Assembly: GCA_012267415.1 (NCBI GenBank)
Contig: JAAXGN010000036.1
Coordinates: 122,058 to 186,057 of the forward strand
DNA length: 64,000 nucleotides
Source of the DNA: Candidatus Poribacteria bacterium
Lineage (GTDB): Bacteria; Poribacteria; WGA-4E; WGA-3G
Direction of reading: 5' to 3'
A program made the position numbers and the translations under genes. Shown piece by piece: positions 29,145-39,022 of the stretch. The notes beneath the pieces were generated by a model. It did not search any database. It was not told the origin of the DNA and saw nothing but the letters and a program-made list of their open reading frames with translations. Within the stretch, counting starts at the first letter, position 1, and each line of letters opens with the position of its first letter.

Positions 29145-30224
29145 TTACGGAAGCAGAACACCACAGTAAGCACAGGTGTGCACCTCTATATCACCATTAA
29201 ACGTCTCTTGTTCAGGTAATAGATACGTTTCGTGATTTGTAACACAGTTTCCGTTTTCACACTGATGTGATGCTTCAGTTATGTCGCGTTGTGGTGGTTG
29301 TGTTAAGATGAGCTGTTCTAATCCCATAAGACTTGAGATGAGAGCCATCCGGATGGGAACTGCATTTGCGGATTGTTCAAAATATGCAGCGCGAGGGTCA
29401 TCATCCAATTCATAAGCGAGTTCGTTTACACGAGGAAGTGGATGCATTATCATTGCATCAGGTTTAGCATTTTTCATCACTTCACCATCCAATAGATAAC
29501 TCCCCCGAACTGTCGCCGCATCTACAGAGGGTGGCAATCTCTCCTCCTGCAATCTGTTTACGTAGATTACATCCAGATTTTCAATTACGTCATTGACGTT
29601 CTCCACCTCAAGCGGTTGATGTTTGTGGTATTTTGTTAATCGTGTGAGGAGCCACGTTGGCATCTGTAGACCTTTGGGTGCGATGTGAACAAGTTTACCC
29701 CCGAATCTTGCGACTGCTAAAGCGAAGGAATGTGCAGCGCGTCCGTATTGTAGGTCTCCACAGATTCCGACGGTTAAACCTTGAACTTGTGATTTTCTGC
29801 GAATGATAGTGTATAGGTCGGTGAGAGCTTGTGTGGGATGTGCGTGGCTTCCATCTCCGCCGTTGATGACAGGTATATTTGCATACCTTGCCATTACGCG
29901 AGCGGAACCTGCCAAGTTGTGTCGCACAACAATAATGTCTGCGTAGTTCGTTACCATTCTTGCAGTATCCGCGAGGGTTTCCCCTTTGGCAGCTGATGTA
30001 GAATCTGGATCAGCGAATCCTAATGTTCCACCATTGAGTCTTTCCATTGCGCTTTCAAAGGAGAGGCGAGTACGTGTACTCGGTTCATAGAAAAGGGTTG
30101 CTAAGAGTTTGCTCCGGCAGATTCCTGCCCAGGTTTCTAATTGCGTTTGCATCCCTGCTGCTAATCTGAAAATCTGTTCTATTTCAAAGTTTGAAAAATC
30201 GTCCAGTGTTACGAAGTGGCGCAT
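29145..30224 (-). CDS. pyrB: Aspartate carbamoyltransferase catalytic subunit with C-terminal PyrI-like zinc ribbon
   Basis: FYEPSTRTRLSFE, KGETLADT, HPTQ, GDL.YGR..HS, MHPLPR. Tail CENGNCVTNHE...CAYC. Confidence 0.92.
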   Translation of the reverse strand: MRHFVTLDDFSNFEIEQIFRLAAGMQTQLETWAGICRSKLLATLFYEPSTRTRLSFESAMERLNGGTLGFADPDSTSAAKGETLADTARMVTNYADIIVVRHNLAGSARVMARYANIPVINGGDGSHAHPTQALTDLYTIIRRKSQVQGLTVGICGDLQYGRAAHSFALAVARFGGKLVHIAPKGLQMPTWLLTRLTKYHKHQPLEVENVNDVIENLDVIYVNRLQEERLPPSVDAATVRGSYLLDGEVMKNAKPDAMIMHPLPRVNELAYELDDDPRAAYFEQSANAVPIRMALISSLMGLEQLILTQPPQRDITEASHQCENGNCVTNHETYLLPEQETFNGDIEVHTCAYCGVLLP

Positions 30225-30354
30225 TGTCTCCTCAATGAGTGTTTTTATTTTTCCAAGATGATGTATAAATGGGTCATTTTTATATAACGTCAGATTTTAG
30301 AATATAACAACAAGAGAGAGTCTTTGACATGGCAGGGGAGTGAACGGCACACGA

Positions 30355-30480
30355 ATGATGATTAAAAAATCCATCGGGTAATTGACGGGCAATGAATTGC
30401 CCTACTACAAACGGACAGGCTCGTAGTAGGGCAATTCATTGCCCGTCAAAATACTACCAAATTTAGACCTTAATCTGCAT
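30355..30480. mobile_element. MITE (ATGAAGATTAA-type ends) with an inverted pair of family-D REPs
   Basis: ATGATGATTAA...TTAATCTGCAT ends. Inside: GACGGGCAATGAATTGCCCTACTAC and its reverse complement. Confidence 0.7.
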
Positions 30481-30622
30481 GAGTATGCCTACTACTTTTA
30501 AGAAACGGCACACGGCGTGTGCCTACTACTTTTAAAGCAATAGAAAAGAAAAGTATGATATGATATACTCTATCCAATGGATTTAGCGAGTTTCTTATGA
30601 ATACAATGAAGATAGGTGATAC

Positions 30623-31411
30623 ATGAGTTGGCAACTGGATACGATGGTCTCTGATGAACAGGTGAACTTCTATAAAGAAAATGGATATCTTACTTTCGGA
30701 CGGATTTTTACCGAAGCAGAATTAAACGAGTTACGTGAATATGTAGATAAAATGATTGAGAACTTGCCAGAAGGTAAACGTCCTGAACAGATGGATGTTC
30801 CGCATTTTGAGCATCCATATCTTTTCAAATACTTGACGCACCCGCGCGTGTTAAATGTGATTGCGCGATTTATCGGTCCCGATATATTGCTTTGGTCAAG
30901 TCACTTTATCAGCAAACGTGAGAACGATGGTATGGAAGTACCGTGGCATCAGGACGGTGTCTATTGGGGTAAGATGTTAGAACCGATGCACGTAATTACG
31001 ATGTGGCTTGCGGTTGATGAATCTAAGATAGAAAACGGCTGTATGCGCGTTATACCGGGGAGTCACACGCAACAGGACCGACGTTACGAACCCGTAAAAA
31101 GAGATAACAATCTATTCGGAAGTGAGGTCGTGGATGAGGATATAGATACTTCAAAAGCAGTTGATCTTGAATTGGAAGTTGGTGAATGTCATTTTCACGA
31201 TGCCTGGACGATCCATAATTCCAGTCCGAATGTCTCGCAAAAACGTAGATGTGGGTATACGATGCGGTATATGCCAGCGAATGTACGGTTTCACGGTGCA
31301 AATTGGCGACGGACACACAATATTTATCTTGTGCAAGGTCAAGACAGAACAGATGGATATAATAGGTATGCCCCTGTACCGAACTCACAAATTGATAATA
31401 AGAATTCATAA
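30623..31411 (+). CDS. PhyH family dioxygenase
   Basis: FYKENGYL, PWHQD, ENGCMRVIPGSH, HNSSPN...RR motifs. Confidence 0.92.
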   Translation: MSWQLDTMVSDEQVNFYKENGYLTFGRIFTEAELNELREYVDKMIENLPEGKRPEQMDVPHFEHPYLFKYLTHPRVLNVIARFIGPDILLWSSHFISKRENDGMEVPWHQDGVYWGKMLEPMHVITMWLAVDESKIENGCMRVIPGSHTQQDRRYEPVKRDNNLFGSEVVDEDIDTSKAVDLELEVGECHFHDAWTIHNSSPNVSQKRRCGYTMRYMPANVRFHGANWRRTHNIYLVQGQDRTDGYNRYAPVPNSQIDNKNS

Positions 31412-31437
31412 CTGTAGACATACATTAAGGAGAATCT

Positions 31438-32298
31438 ATGCGTCCTTATTTTGATGTTCACTGCCATATCGGTATGACGGTTTCTCGTGCACCTGTCGTT
31501 GGACAGAGTGTTGGAAGGTGTTTAGCACGGATGGCTTCTGCAGGTGTTATCGGTGCGATTCCGTGTCCGACTGCAGGTAGTCCACAAGCGCGTGGCGTAT
31601 TGGATACACGTTCACAGAATGAGATAATAACGAAGGCTTGTCAGAAATATCCTGAACGTTTCCCAATCGGACTTGGGATCGTAGAGGTGCGACATGAACA
31701 AGCAGGCGTTGATGAACTTGATAGGTCAATGTGTGATGATGGTTTAGTTGGATTTGTATGTCATCCGGGATTATCTGGACATTCGCTTGGTGGTGAACTC
31801 TATGCATTCCTGGAAGTGGTTGCCATGCATAGCGGTTTGTGTTTGCTGCATCAGGCAGGTTCTACGAGCAATATCGCTGCTTATGCCAGAAGGTTTCCTT
31901 CAATTACCTTCATTATCGGACATGTCTCAATGAATAAAGGTGGACATCTTGATGCTATCCAGCATTGTGCGAAGTATGATAATATCTGGTATGATGTTGC
32001 ACAGAAACCGGAGGGTGCAGATGAAAGTTGGGACTTAGTCCATTTGGTTAACAATCTCAATAAGGATCGACTGATGTTCGGAAGTGACTTGCCTTATTAC
32101 GATTTTCGTCTTGTGCAAGCGCAGATTGAAAATGCAGGCCTTGATGATGAGACGAAAGAGAAGATAGCTTATCAGAATGCTGTTCGGTTGGTTCAGCAGT
32201 TTAACGATTCATGGGAGCCGACATTATCTCCGATAGAACCGCCGCAGGTATATTCGGAACTGGAGATGTGGGATGCGAATGGAGCACGGCTTAAGTAA
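31438..32298 (+). CDS. Amidohydrolase family protein (Amidohydro_2)
   Basis: DVHCH, CHP, LLH, IIGH, MFGSDLP, KIAYQNA motifs. Confidence 0.88.
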   Translation: MRPYFDVHCHIGMTVSRAPVVGQSVGRCLARMASAGVIGAIPCPTAGSPQARGVLDTRSQNEIITKACQKYPERFPIGLGIVEVRHEQAGVDELDRSMCDDGLVGFVCHPGLSGHSLGGELYAFLEVVAMHSGLCLLHQAGSTSNIAAYARRFPSITFIIGHVSMNKGGHLDAIQHCAKYDNIWYDVAQKPEGADESWDLVHLVNNLNKDRLMFGSDLPYYDFRLVQAQIENAGLDDETKEKIAYQNAVRLVQQFNDSWEPTLSPIEPPQVYSELEMWDANGARLK

Positions 32299-32311
32299 GA
32301 CGGCATTTTGT

Positions 32312-32532
32312 ATGAAGATAATAAATCCTACGAGTTATAGACGGGCAATGAATTGCCCTACTACAAACAAGCATCCAATTTATAGTGAAATATGTAATTA
32401 TGTTTACACATCTTCTGTAGGAGGGAACTCCGATTCCCGACTGAACGCTTTGATAGTCGGGAATCGGAGTTCCCTCCTACAGAAAAGAATGTAAAATTAA
32501 TTCTATGTTCTACTATAAGTCATAATCTTCAT
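32312..32532. mobile_element. Nested MITEs: ATGAAGAT...ATCTTCAT outer element, TATAGT...ACTATA inner palindrome (32381-32517)
   Basis: Family-D REP, then the long palindrome CTGTAGGAGGGAACTCCGATTCCCGACT...AGTCGGGAATCGGAGTTCCCTCCTACAG. Confidence 0.75.
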
Positions 32533-33392
32533 GTGACGATCTCAACAGCACGGATACGATGCCGAAGCACCAAGATACAGGATGCTGTAAGTGCTGTTAA
32601 TAGGAGTATCGTCCAAGAAAGGTGTAAGTTGTAGCTGCGATCTAAACCGAACAACACTTCGCCAAGGAGTTCCAAGTTTGCCCAAACTGAAACTATTGCA
32701 ACTGTACTTGATTGAAGAACCTGTTTGAGTATGAGTTGAATTATTGACAACCCGAACCATACTGCACAGAAACCGATTGTTGCGAAACGTAGGTTTTTTG
32801 TTAGTGATGAGAATGTCAACATGAGTAAACTTGTTACTGTCGTGACAACAAGTGAGTAGATGATGATTGAGAAGATTAGCCAAAAGTTCTCTATAAAGAA
32901 TGAAATATCAGCTAACAACGCATGCTCAAGAAACAGTAGAAGACCCGGAATTAACGTCATTGAAGCAAGCAGGACTCCAATTGCAATAAATTTCCCAATG
33001 AGATAGTCTACCCAGGAGATGGGTTTGGATAGGTACAGTGAAAGTGCGTTGTGTTTGAGATCGTTTGAAATCAGACCTGCCCCACCGAAAACGACGACGA
33101 GAGCGAGCAAGAATACTGATGGAAAAGGGTGCGTACTAAATATGAATTTCTGGAAAAAACCTCCACCTATTTCGTCAAATGGGAATGGTGCATCTTCAAG
33201 ATAATTGAACATATAAATCAATATTGCGTGAACTAAAATATAGATGACAGGGGGTACAGCGACAATGAGTCGGATAATTTTGCGTTGTGCAAGCAGTTTC
33301 AGTTCTGCCTTTGCGATTATCCACCACCGTTTATACTTTTCAGGTTGCAGTGTTCCGTCCCAGTGTCTGTAGTCTTGTGTGTGAATAGGCAT
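32529..33392 (-). CDS. ABC-2 type transporter permease
   Basis: MPIHTQDYRHW, ISNDLKHNALSLYLSKPISWVDYLIGK, six TM helices. Confidence 0.85.
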   Translation of the reverse strand: MPIHTQDYRHWDGTLQPEKYKRWWIIAKAELKLLAQRKIIRLIVAVPPVIYILVHAILIYMFNYLEDAPFPFDEIGGGFFQKFIFSTHPFPSVFLLALVVVFGGAGLISNDLKHNALSLYLSKPISWVDYLIGKFIAIGVLLASMTLIPGLLLFLEHALLADISFFIENFWLIFSIIIYSLVVTTVTSLLMLTFSSLTKNLRFATIGFCAVWFGLSIIQLILKQVLQSSTVAIVSVWANLELLGEVLFGLDRSYNLHLSWTILLLTALTASCILVLRHRIRAVEIVT

Positions 33393-33394
33393 TG

Positions 33395-33895
33395 TTAGTT
33401 CCTATAGATTGCTGTGCTTTCTAAAGTATCCGTGAAAGGTCCCTGTTTATTGGTTTTAATTTCAATTACGATTATGCCTAAATTTGTATCGCGTTCAGGG
33501 TCGTCTTCAATGAGTCTTCGTGGGATTTCTGCACTCAAGAGTCTATCAAGACTATTCGGTTCTTGTGACCATCGAACATCAATCAGTCTACCGTCATAAA
33601 CTTTTTGATGTTGCTTACCATCGCGCAAGGAATAGAGTTTAGCATTCGTGATGAATTCTGCTTCTGAAATCGTGCTAACACCGACGCTTGGACTGAGTAT
33701 GCTTTGATTCCAGATGAGTGGAATACCGTTTTTGTCTGTGAGATATATTATAATATCCAACCTATCTATACGTGGCTCGGAAAGAATCTGTATACCTTCA
33801 AAGTTTTGGATTTCACCCGTTCCACAACCTAAGAATACGAGTATACAGATACAACACAGAATGGAATTTCGCTGATAGGTTCTTTTTCTAAACAC
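33395..33895 (-). CDS. Hypothetical lipoprotein
   Basis: GGAG RBS with GTG start; lipobox VFLGC. Confidence 0.65.
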   Translation of the reverse strand: MFRKRTYQRNSILCCICILVFLGCGTGEIQNFEGIQILSEPRIDRLDIIIYLTDKNGIPLIWNQSILSPSVGVSTISEAEFITNAKLYSLRDGKQHQKVYDGRLIDVRWSQEPNSLDRLLSAEIPRRLIEDDPERDTNLGIIVIEIKTNKQGPFTDTLESTAIYRN

Positions 33896-33908
33896 GTCAG
33901 GACTCCTT

Positions 33909-35498
33909 TCAATCTTGAGCAACTGAAACTGACATACCATCTTTTAGCAGATGTTGATTTTCAACAATTATCTGTGTTGACTGGGGGAGTTTCGTCTGTG
34001 TCTCGATTTCACTGCCATATACACCCCCTATGTTAACCTGTTTTAGACGTGCTACATTCTGCTCAACGACAAAGATATTCCCTTTTCCACTCTGGATCTG
34101 TAATACTGCGCGTTGCGGTAGTAAGGTCACGTTTTTGCGTTCACCCGTTTTGATAGAAATTGTTATGGAAGTACCGGGTTTTAGTGCATTGTTTTGCTCT
34201 GATATGGAAAGTGGATTGCCAGGATCACTGTTCTCCAGATTTTGCAGTGTTGCATGAACCGTGACAGCATTCTCTCCCTCTTTGACAGTAGGACTGATAA
34301 AGTCAATTGTTCCTATAATATTCCGTATTCCGGATGCGGTAGAAATGAGGACCATATTGCCAATCTGTATGCGTGTAATCTCACTGACTGGGACTGTCCA
34401 AACGGCTTTTAGCACATCAACTGCTATGATTGTAAATACGGGTTGTCCTTGTGAAGCAGCAGATTTGGCATAGTCTCCTGTTTCCAGATGCCGTTCAGCG
34501 ACGATTCCATTGATGGGAGCAACAATAGCTGCTTGACTGACCTGTTCTCGTGCGAGTTTGAGTTGTTCTTCAGCTTCACTGACAGCAGATTTTGCGATTG
34601 CGATTTCTCGTTCCCATGCCTTTGCTTCTACCAGTTTCTGTGCGGTAATTAGGTTCGCTTTTGCTTGTGTAACTTTTGATTGCGCAGCGGCGATTTCTCG
34701 TTCCCATCCTTTATTTTCAACTATCTTCTTTGCTATTGCCAGTTCTGCTTTTGTTTTTTCAACTGTCAGTTGTGCTGAACCGTCTTCAAATTGTTTTGCT
34801 GCGGCGACAGCCTCTTCGTGTCGGCTTTGCACGAGTTTATATCGTGTTTCAGAAGATTCATAAGCACTGTCACTGATGAGTTCTTTTGTATGTAGTTCCT
34901 TATCACGTTCAAAATCTGAGGTAGCTTTTGTGAATTCAGCTTTTGCGCGTTCTAATCCTTGTGTTGCGCTTACCCTTGCGCGTTCCAGGTTTGCCTCTGC
35001 GGCTTTATATGCCACTTCTGCTTGTATGAGTTGGTTTCTGATACGCATTTCAGCGAGTGATTTTGTATCTTCAAGTTTCGCTTCAGCCTCAGCGACCGAC
35101 TCCTTAGCGGTTTCAAGCTGCGTTTCAATGCGCGTCTGAGCGTTTGCTTCGGTTGTTGTCAGTTGTGATTTTGCAACACTTAGTGAGACTTCTGCTCTGA
35201 TTGCAGCGATACCTGCTTCCTGTGCACTGCTTTGCGCGATTACATCACCCTTTGCTACCGTCTGTCCTGCTTCTACATTGAGACTAACGATTTTTGCGGA
35301 GATATTTGCGTATACTTTCGCTTCTACGCGTGGTTTTAGCACGCCGTTGTAAGTCTTTTCTGAGACGATTGTGACTCGTCTTGGTGTTTCCGTTTTCACA
35401 GATGTCAGTTGTTCTGTTTCTTGTGTAGCTATGTCGGTTGAAATTAGGAACAAGAACGATAGAACAATGATTATAAATCCAATAGAATTCGGTTTCAA
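33909..35498 (-). CDS. Efflux RND/ABC periplasmic adaptor (HlyD family) with long coiled coil
   Basis: Lipoyl halves VEAGQTVAKGDVI and IVAPINGIVAER flanking an extended alpha-helical hairpin. Confidence 0.88.
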   Translation of the reverse strand: MKPNSIGFIIIVLSFLFLISTDIATQETEQLTSVKTETPRRVTIVSEKTYNGVLKPRVEAKVYANISAKIVSLNVEAGQTVAKGDVIAQSSAQEAGIAAIRAEVSLSVAKSQLTTTEANAQTRIETQLETAKESVAEAEAKLEDTKSLAEMRIRNQLIQAEVAYKAAEANLERARVSATQGLERAKAEFTKATSDFERDKELHTKELISDSAYESSETRYKLVQSRHEEAVAAAKQFEDGSAQLTVEKTKAELAIAKKIVENKGWEREIAAAQSKVTQAKANLITAQKLVEAKAWEREIAIAKSAVSEAEEQLKLAREQVSQAAIVAPINGIVAERHLETGDYAKSAASQGQPVFTIIAVDVLKAVWTVPVSEITRIQIGNMVLISTASGIRNIIGTIDFISPTVKEGENAVTVHATLQNLENSDPGNPLSISEQNNALKPGTSITISIKTGERKNVTLLPQRAVLQIQSGKGNIFVVEQNVARLKQVNIGGVYGSEIETQTKLPQSTQIIVENQHLLKDGMSVSVAQD

Positions 35499-35518
35499 TA
35501 CTCTTTCCTCCTATTTTA

Positions 35519-35654
35519 TATAGTGGATTTCAAGATAAATGAAACACTCCACAACGGGCGAGGGGACCTCAAACGGGCGAGGAAACCTCGCCCCTACGGG
35601 GATGGTATCCGTTTACGTTGAAATGTCTCATTGATTATTATTAACTTTGCTATA
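35519..35654. mobile_element. TATAGT-type MITE with family-C REP (partially duplicated)
   Basis: TATAGTGGATTTCAAG...ACGGGCGAGGAAACCTCGCCCCTAC...AACTTTGCTATA. Confidence 0.7.
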
Positions 35655-35655
35655 T

Positions 35656-36192
35656 CTATGATTTTAGTTTATCCTTGAAATCTTTGGTGAACTTCTTCAG
35701 TTTAGGATGAATTACGAATTGGCAGTATGGTTGTCCTGGATTTAGTTCAAAATAGTTTTGGTGATAGTCTTCAGCAGTATAAAAAACACCTATCTCTGTA
35801 ATCTCAGTGACAATCTGGTCATTCCACGGCCCAGACATGTCCATCTCTTTCTTAGATTCTTCAGCAATTTCGCGTTGTGTCTCTGAATGATAGAAGATAG
35901 CAGAACGATACTGCGTGCCGACATCGTTCCCCTGTTTATTGAGTGTTGTTGGGTCGTGTGTGTGCCAGAATATTTCTAACAACTCTTTGAAAGAGATGAC
36001 ATTGGGATCGAATTCAATCTGAACTACTTCTGCATGTCCTGTCGTTCCCGTACACACATCACGATAATTTGGATTGATTGTGGTTCCGCCTGTATAGCCG
36101 GAGATGACTCTATGAACACCTTCTACCTGTTGAAAGACTGCTTCAACACACCAAAAACATCCTGCGCCGAATGTGGTCGTTTCTGTTTGCAT
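35656..36192 (-). CDS. msrA: Peptide-methionine (S)-S-oxide reductase
   Basis: GAGCFWC, TGHAEVV, HDPTTLNKQGND.GTQYRS, AEDYHQNY. Confidence 0.97.
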   Translation of the reverse strand: MQTETTTFGAGCFWCVEAVFQQVEGVHRVISGYTGGTTINPNYRDVCTGTTGHAEVVQIEFDPNVISFKELLEIFWHTHDPTTLNKQGNDVGTQYRSAIFYHSETQREIAEESKKEMDMSGPWNDQIVTEITEIGVFYTAEDYHQNYFELNPGQPYCQFVIHPKLKKFTKDFKDKLKS

Positions 36193-36193
36193 T

Positions 36194-37141
36194 TTATTCT
36201 ATTTCCAATCTAAAATCTGGGTTAAGTAATTCTTGTAGACAAGCATCCCAGTAAGCACCAGTGTACTGTTTTACCGTATCAGACTGGTTGTCTTGTTCAA
36301 GATAACTATCAATCCAATCGAGTAACCGTTGTCGCGGTTCTTGTCGGATCTGTTGACTGTTCTCATCTATGATAATGTTACGAAACTCTGATAGTGTGTC
36401 TGGTTCTAACTGTAGGTCTGGTTCATAGTATAACGCCAAATTTGCCATCAGGCTAAGTGTTAAGGTTTGAATTGGATCAATCGCAATACTAAATGGCGGA
36501 TCAACAGAAAAGACTTGATCAAGTGGTAATGCTTGCACATAGAGCCACCTTGATTCAAGGTAATCCAATTGTTGACGGATTATTTCCATATCAGATAGGT
36601 TGGTAAATGTCCTTGGTGCCTGGCTATCTTTCAGTATAACTTGTGCATTAGAAATGGTGGTGTTGTATGAAGATAGTGCATCCAAGAATTTTGCTTCTGT
36701 ATGGTTATAGATATGGATGCTGTCAATGTCAAGATGCGTCAATGCCTCATCGGGTTCAATGCATGCGTTTTCCAGCATGTGATTAGCTCTCTGCAGCAGT
36801 TTATCTGTAAGTGTATTTCCGATCTGGTAAAATTTGACGATTGGATTTGCGAGTAATACTCTCACAGCTTTGTCCAAATTCCCTTTACTGCCGTATTCTA
36901 AACCGATGCTGGTCAGTGCAAAGGAGGTCTGTATCTGTGCTCGGAGTGCTGATTCATCAGAAAGGTCAACGACCTTCATCGTAATGAGTTTATGTGTTAG
37001 CGCGGCGATGTCATCGGAAAATGTTTCTGCCTTTTCAGGGTCGATTTTTCCGATGTCATCACCGTGCGCTAATGTGTGCGCCAAGAAGGATTTGCCGTCA
37101 AGGGTTGCGTCGGTAACAAGTGAGAACTTACTGGTCTGCAT
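36194..37141 (-). CDS. Hypothetical helical protein (possibly C-terminal half of a split DUF6178-like protein)
   Basis: Long ORF overlapping the upstream gene. Family call is tentative, from memory. Confidence 0.55.
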   Translation of the reverse strand: MQTSKFSLVTDATLDGKSFLAHTLAHGDDIGKIDPEKAETFSDDIAALTHKLITMKVVDLSDESALRAQIQTSFALTSIGLEYGSKGNLDKAVRVLLANPIVKFYQIGNTLTDKLLQRANHMLENACIEPDEALTHLDIDSIHIYNHTEAKFLDALSSYNTTISNAQVILKDSQAPRTFTNLSDMEIIRQQLDYLESRWLYVQALPLDQVFSVDPPFSIAIDPIQTLTLSLMANLALYYEPDLQLEPDTLSEFRNIIIDENSQQIRQEPRQRLLDWIDSYLEQDNQSDTVKQYTGAYWDACLQELLNPDFRLEIE

Positions 37142-37934
37142 TGTCTTCTTCGTCCTCAGCAAGTTTAATTGAATCTAAGTCAACTTTTTGTTCTATTTCA
37201 CTCTCTGTGACTTTGATTCCTGCTTTCTTATCACGTTCCTTGATACGTTCATCTCTTTCTGCTCTTGCTTTTTCTAATGCAGTGACGAGTTCTTTATCTA
37301 CATCAGCTTCTTTATCTATAACGAACAGTTCTCTCATGAGCAGTGTAAAGAGTTCTCCATCAGCTTCCCAAATTGCGTTGAGTATTGCTTTTGCTTTTTC
37401 ATCTTTACATTCAATTGAGGGAGAGTTTGGATCGATGATACCTTCTTCTATCAACATTGCGCCGAGTGCACCTTTTAGTTTTACCCTATCCTTTAGGAGT
37501 GCAGCGAAAACACGCATATCCATCTGTCCCATGAACCGACTTAGGTCTTCTCTGTCACATTCAGAAAGCTCATAGAGCCATAGGTTGAGTGATTTTTCAT
37601 CTATCTCTCCTTCATGCCAGATCGCGATGTCAATAATCTCTTCAAATTGTTCGTTGGAAAGACAGGGTAAGAGTCCACAAGCGAGACCTGTGCCAAGTAG
37701 CGTGTCTAACACCTGTAAGACATCCTCAGTCGGACTTTCCTGTATGAGTTCCGTACAGTCTGGAACCAGGTAGTATAGCTCTTCTCTCTGTTTCAGGTTG
37801 CGGGTTGCCCGGATAATATCAAGTTGTTGGTCTTTTTCGTAGCTTTGAAAGAGTTGTTCTGCTTCACGTGTTGGGAGTGATAGTAGTTTATTGACTTCTG
37901 ATTGTGGAATAACCAATTTATTGGAATTGCTCAT
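37128..37934 (-). CDS. Hypothetical acidic helical protein (possibly DUF6178-like N-terminal half)
   Basis: GGAGG RBS; ELYYLV...EQFEEIIDIAIW pattern. Confidence 0.55.
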   Translation of the reverse strand: MSNSNKLVIPQSEVNKLLSLPTREAEQLFQSYEKDQQLDIIRATRNLKQREELYYLVPDCTELIQESPTEDVLQVLDTLLGTGLACGLLPCLSNEQFEEIIDIAIWHEGEIDEKSLNLWLYELSECDREDLSRFMGQMDMRVFAALLKDRVKLKGALGAMLIEEGIIDPNSPSIECKDEKAKAILNAIWEADGELFTLLMRELFVIDKEADVDKELVTALEKARAERDERIKERDKKAGIKVTESEIEQKVDLDSIKLAEDEEDNADQ

Positions 37935-38060
37935 ACCAATCCTCCCGGTATGCATTGCGAGGTATCGCTTTGTTTTTCTTTAACTATGGTAGTTCTGATA
38001 GGCCAGTCTTGTCTGTGTAGGACGATTAGAGTATCGTCCTACAGGCTGAATCTGTCAAGT

Positions 38061-38825
38061 TTAGTAGTTCTCTCTGACATAGTTCATGTTCTTTGCTGCT
38101 GATGTGATGGGGTCATCTTTACCTGGGGTTTCCAAAACGAACCAACTGTCGTATCCAATTGCATGTGCGGCTTCAAAGACAGCAGTGAAGTCAACATCGC
38201 CTTCTCCAGCGTGGTTCCCTCCTGTATCCTTGATGTGCATTTGGACGATTGATTTACCTAAGCTTCGTATTTCTGCTGGTGAGTCGAAGCCAAGACCTGT
38301 TGCGTTGCCCATATCGTAATAGATGCCGACATGTTTTGAACCGACCTGGTCAATTATCTGTTGATGTTGATCTGCAGACAGTGTGGATTCAATTGCGAGA
38401 TAGACGTCTTCTTTTTCTGCGGTTTCGGCGGCTGCCTTTAGTCCATCAAGGAAACGCGGCGCGTTGATATGTTCATCCTGTATCCGACCACCACCGAAGA
38501 ACGGAACGAGAATCACTCTTGATCCTAATTTTGGGCATGTTTCAGCGAGATATTGCAGCTTTGCGATGCCCTCAGTGCGGACACTATCGGTTGGATGCAT
38601 GAAGGAATATGCGGTAAAACCTCCCGGTGAAAGCGATGATACTTCAATGTTCGCTTCTTCTGCGAGTTTATTTACCGTGTCAATGCCGTTTTCCTGCCAG
38701 AGTGTATGTTCTCGGTAATTTACACCCATACAGAGTTCAATTCCATCAAAACCGATTTCTTTAGCCTTCTTAAACTTTTCATCGAACGGAACGGGTAACA
38801 TTCCGTCTCTAATACCTACTTTCAT
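38061..38825 (-). CDS. Sugar phosphate isomerase/epimerase (hexulose-6-P isomerase-like)
   Basis: GFDGIEL, ILVPFFG, AIEST, YYDMGN, HIKD, GEGDVDF, VLET motifs. Confidence 0.9.
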   Translation of the reverse strand: MKVGIRDGMLPVPFDEKFKKAKEIGFDGIELCMGVNYREHTLWQENGIDTVNKLAEEANIEVSSLSPGGFTAYSFMHPTDSVRTEGIAKLQYLAETCPKLGSRVILVPFFGGGRIQDEHINAPRFLDGLKAAAETAEKEDVYLAIESTLSADQHQQIIDQVGSKHVGIYYDMGNATGLGFDSPAEIRSLGKSIVQMHIKDTGGNHAGEGDVDFTAVFEAAHAIGYDSWFVLETPGKDDPITSAAKNMNYVRENY

Positions 38826-39022
38826 ATTACTCCTCCTGTAAGGTTGATTCTGAATTGTAACATATTTCATTTACGATTTTCAAATAGAATTTCGTATACT
38901 GAAGATATAGGTAAGAAATGCAATTATAGTAAAGTTAATAATTCATGAGGCATTTTTCACCGTTTAGGAAAACCACCCAGCGTAGGGGCGAGGAGACCTC
39001 GCCCGTTGTAGATTGTTTCATT

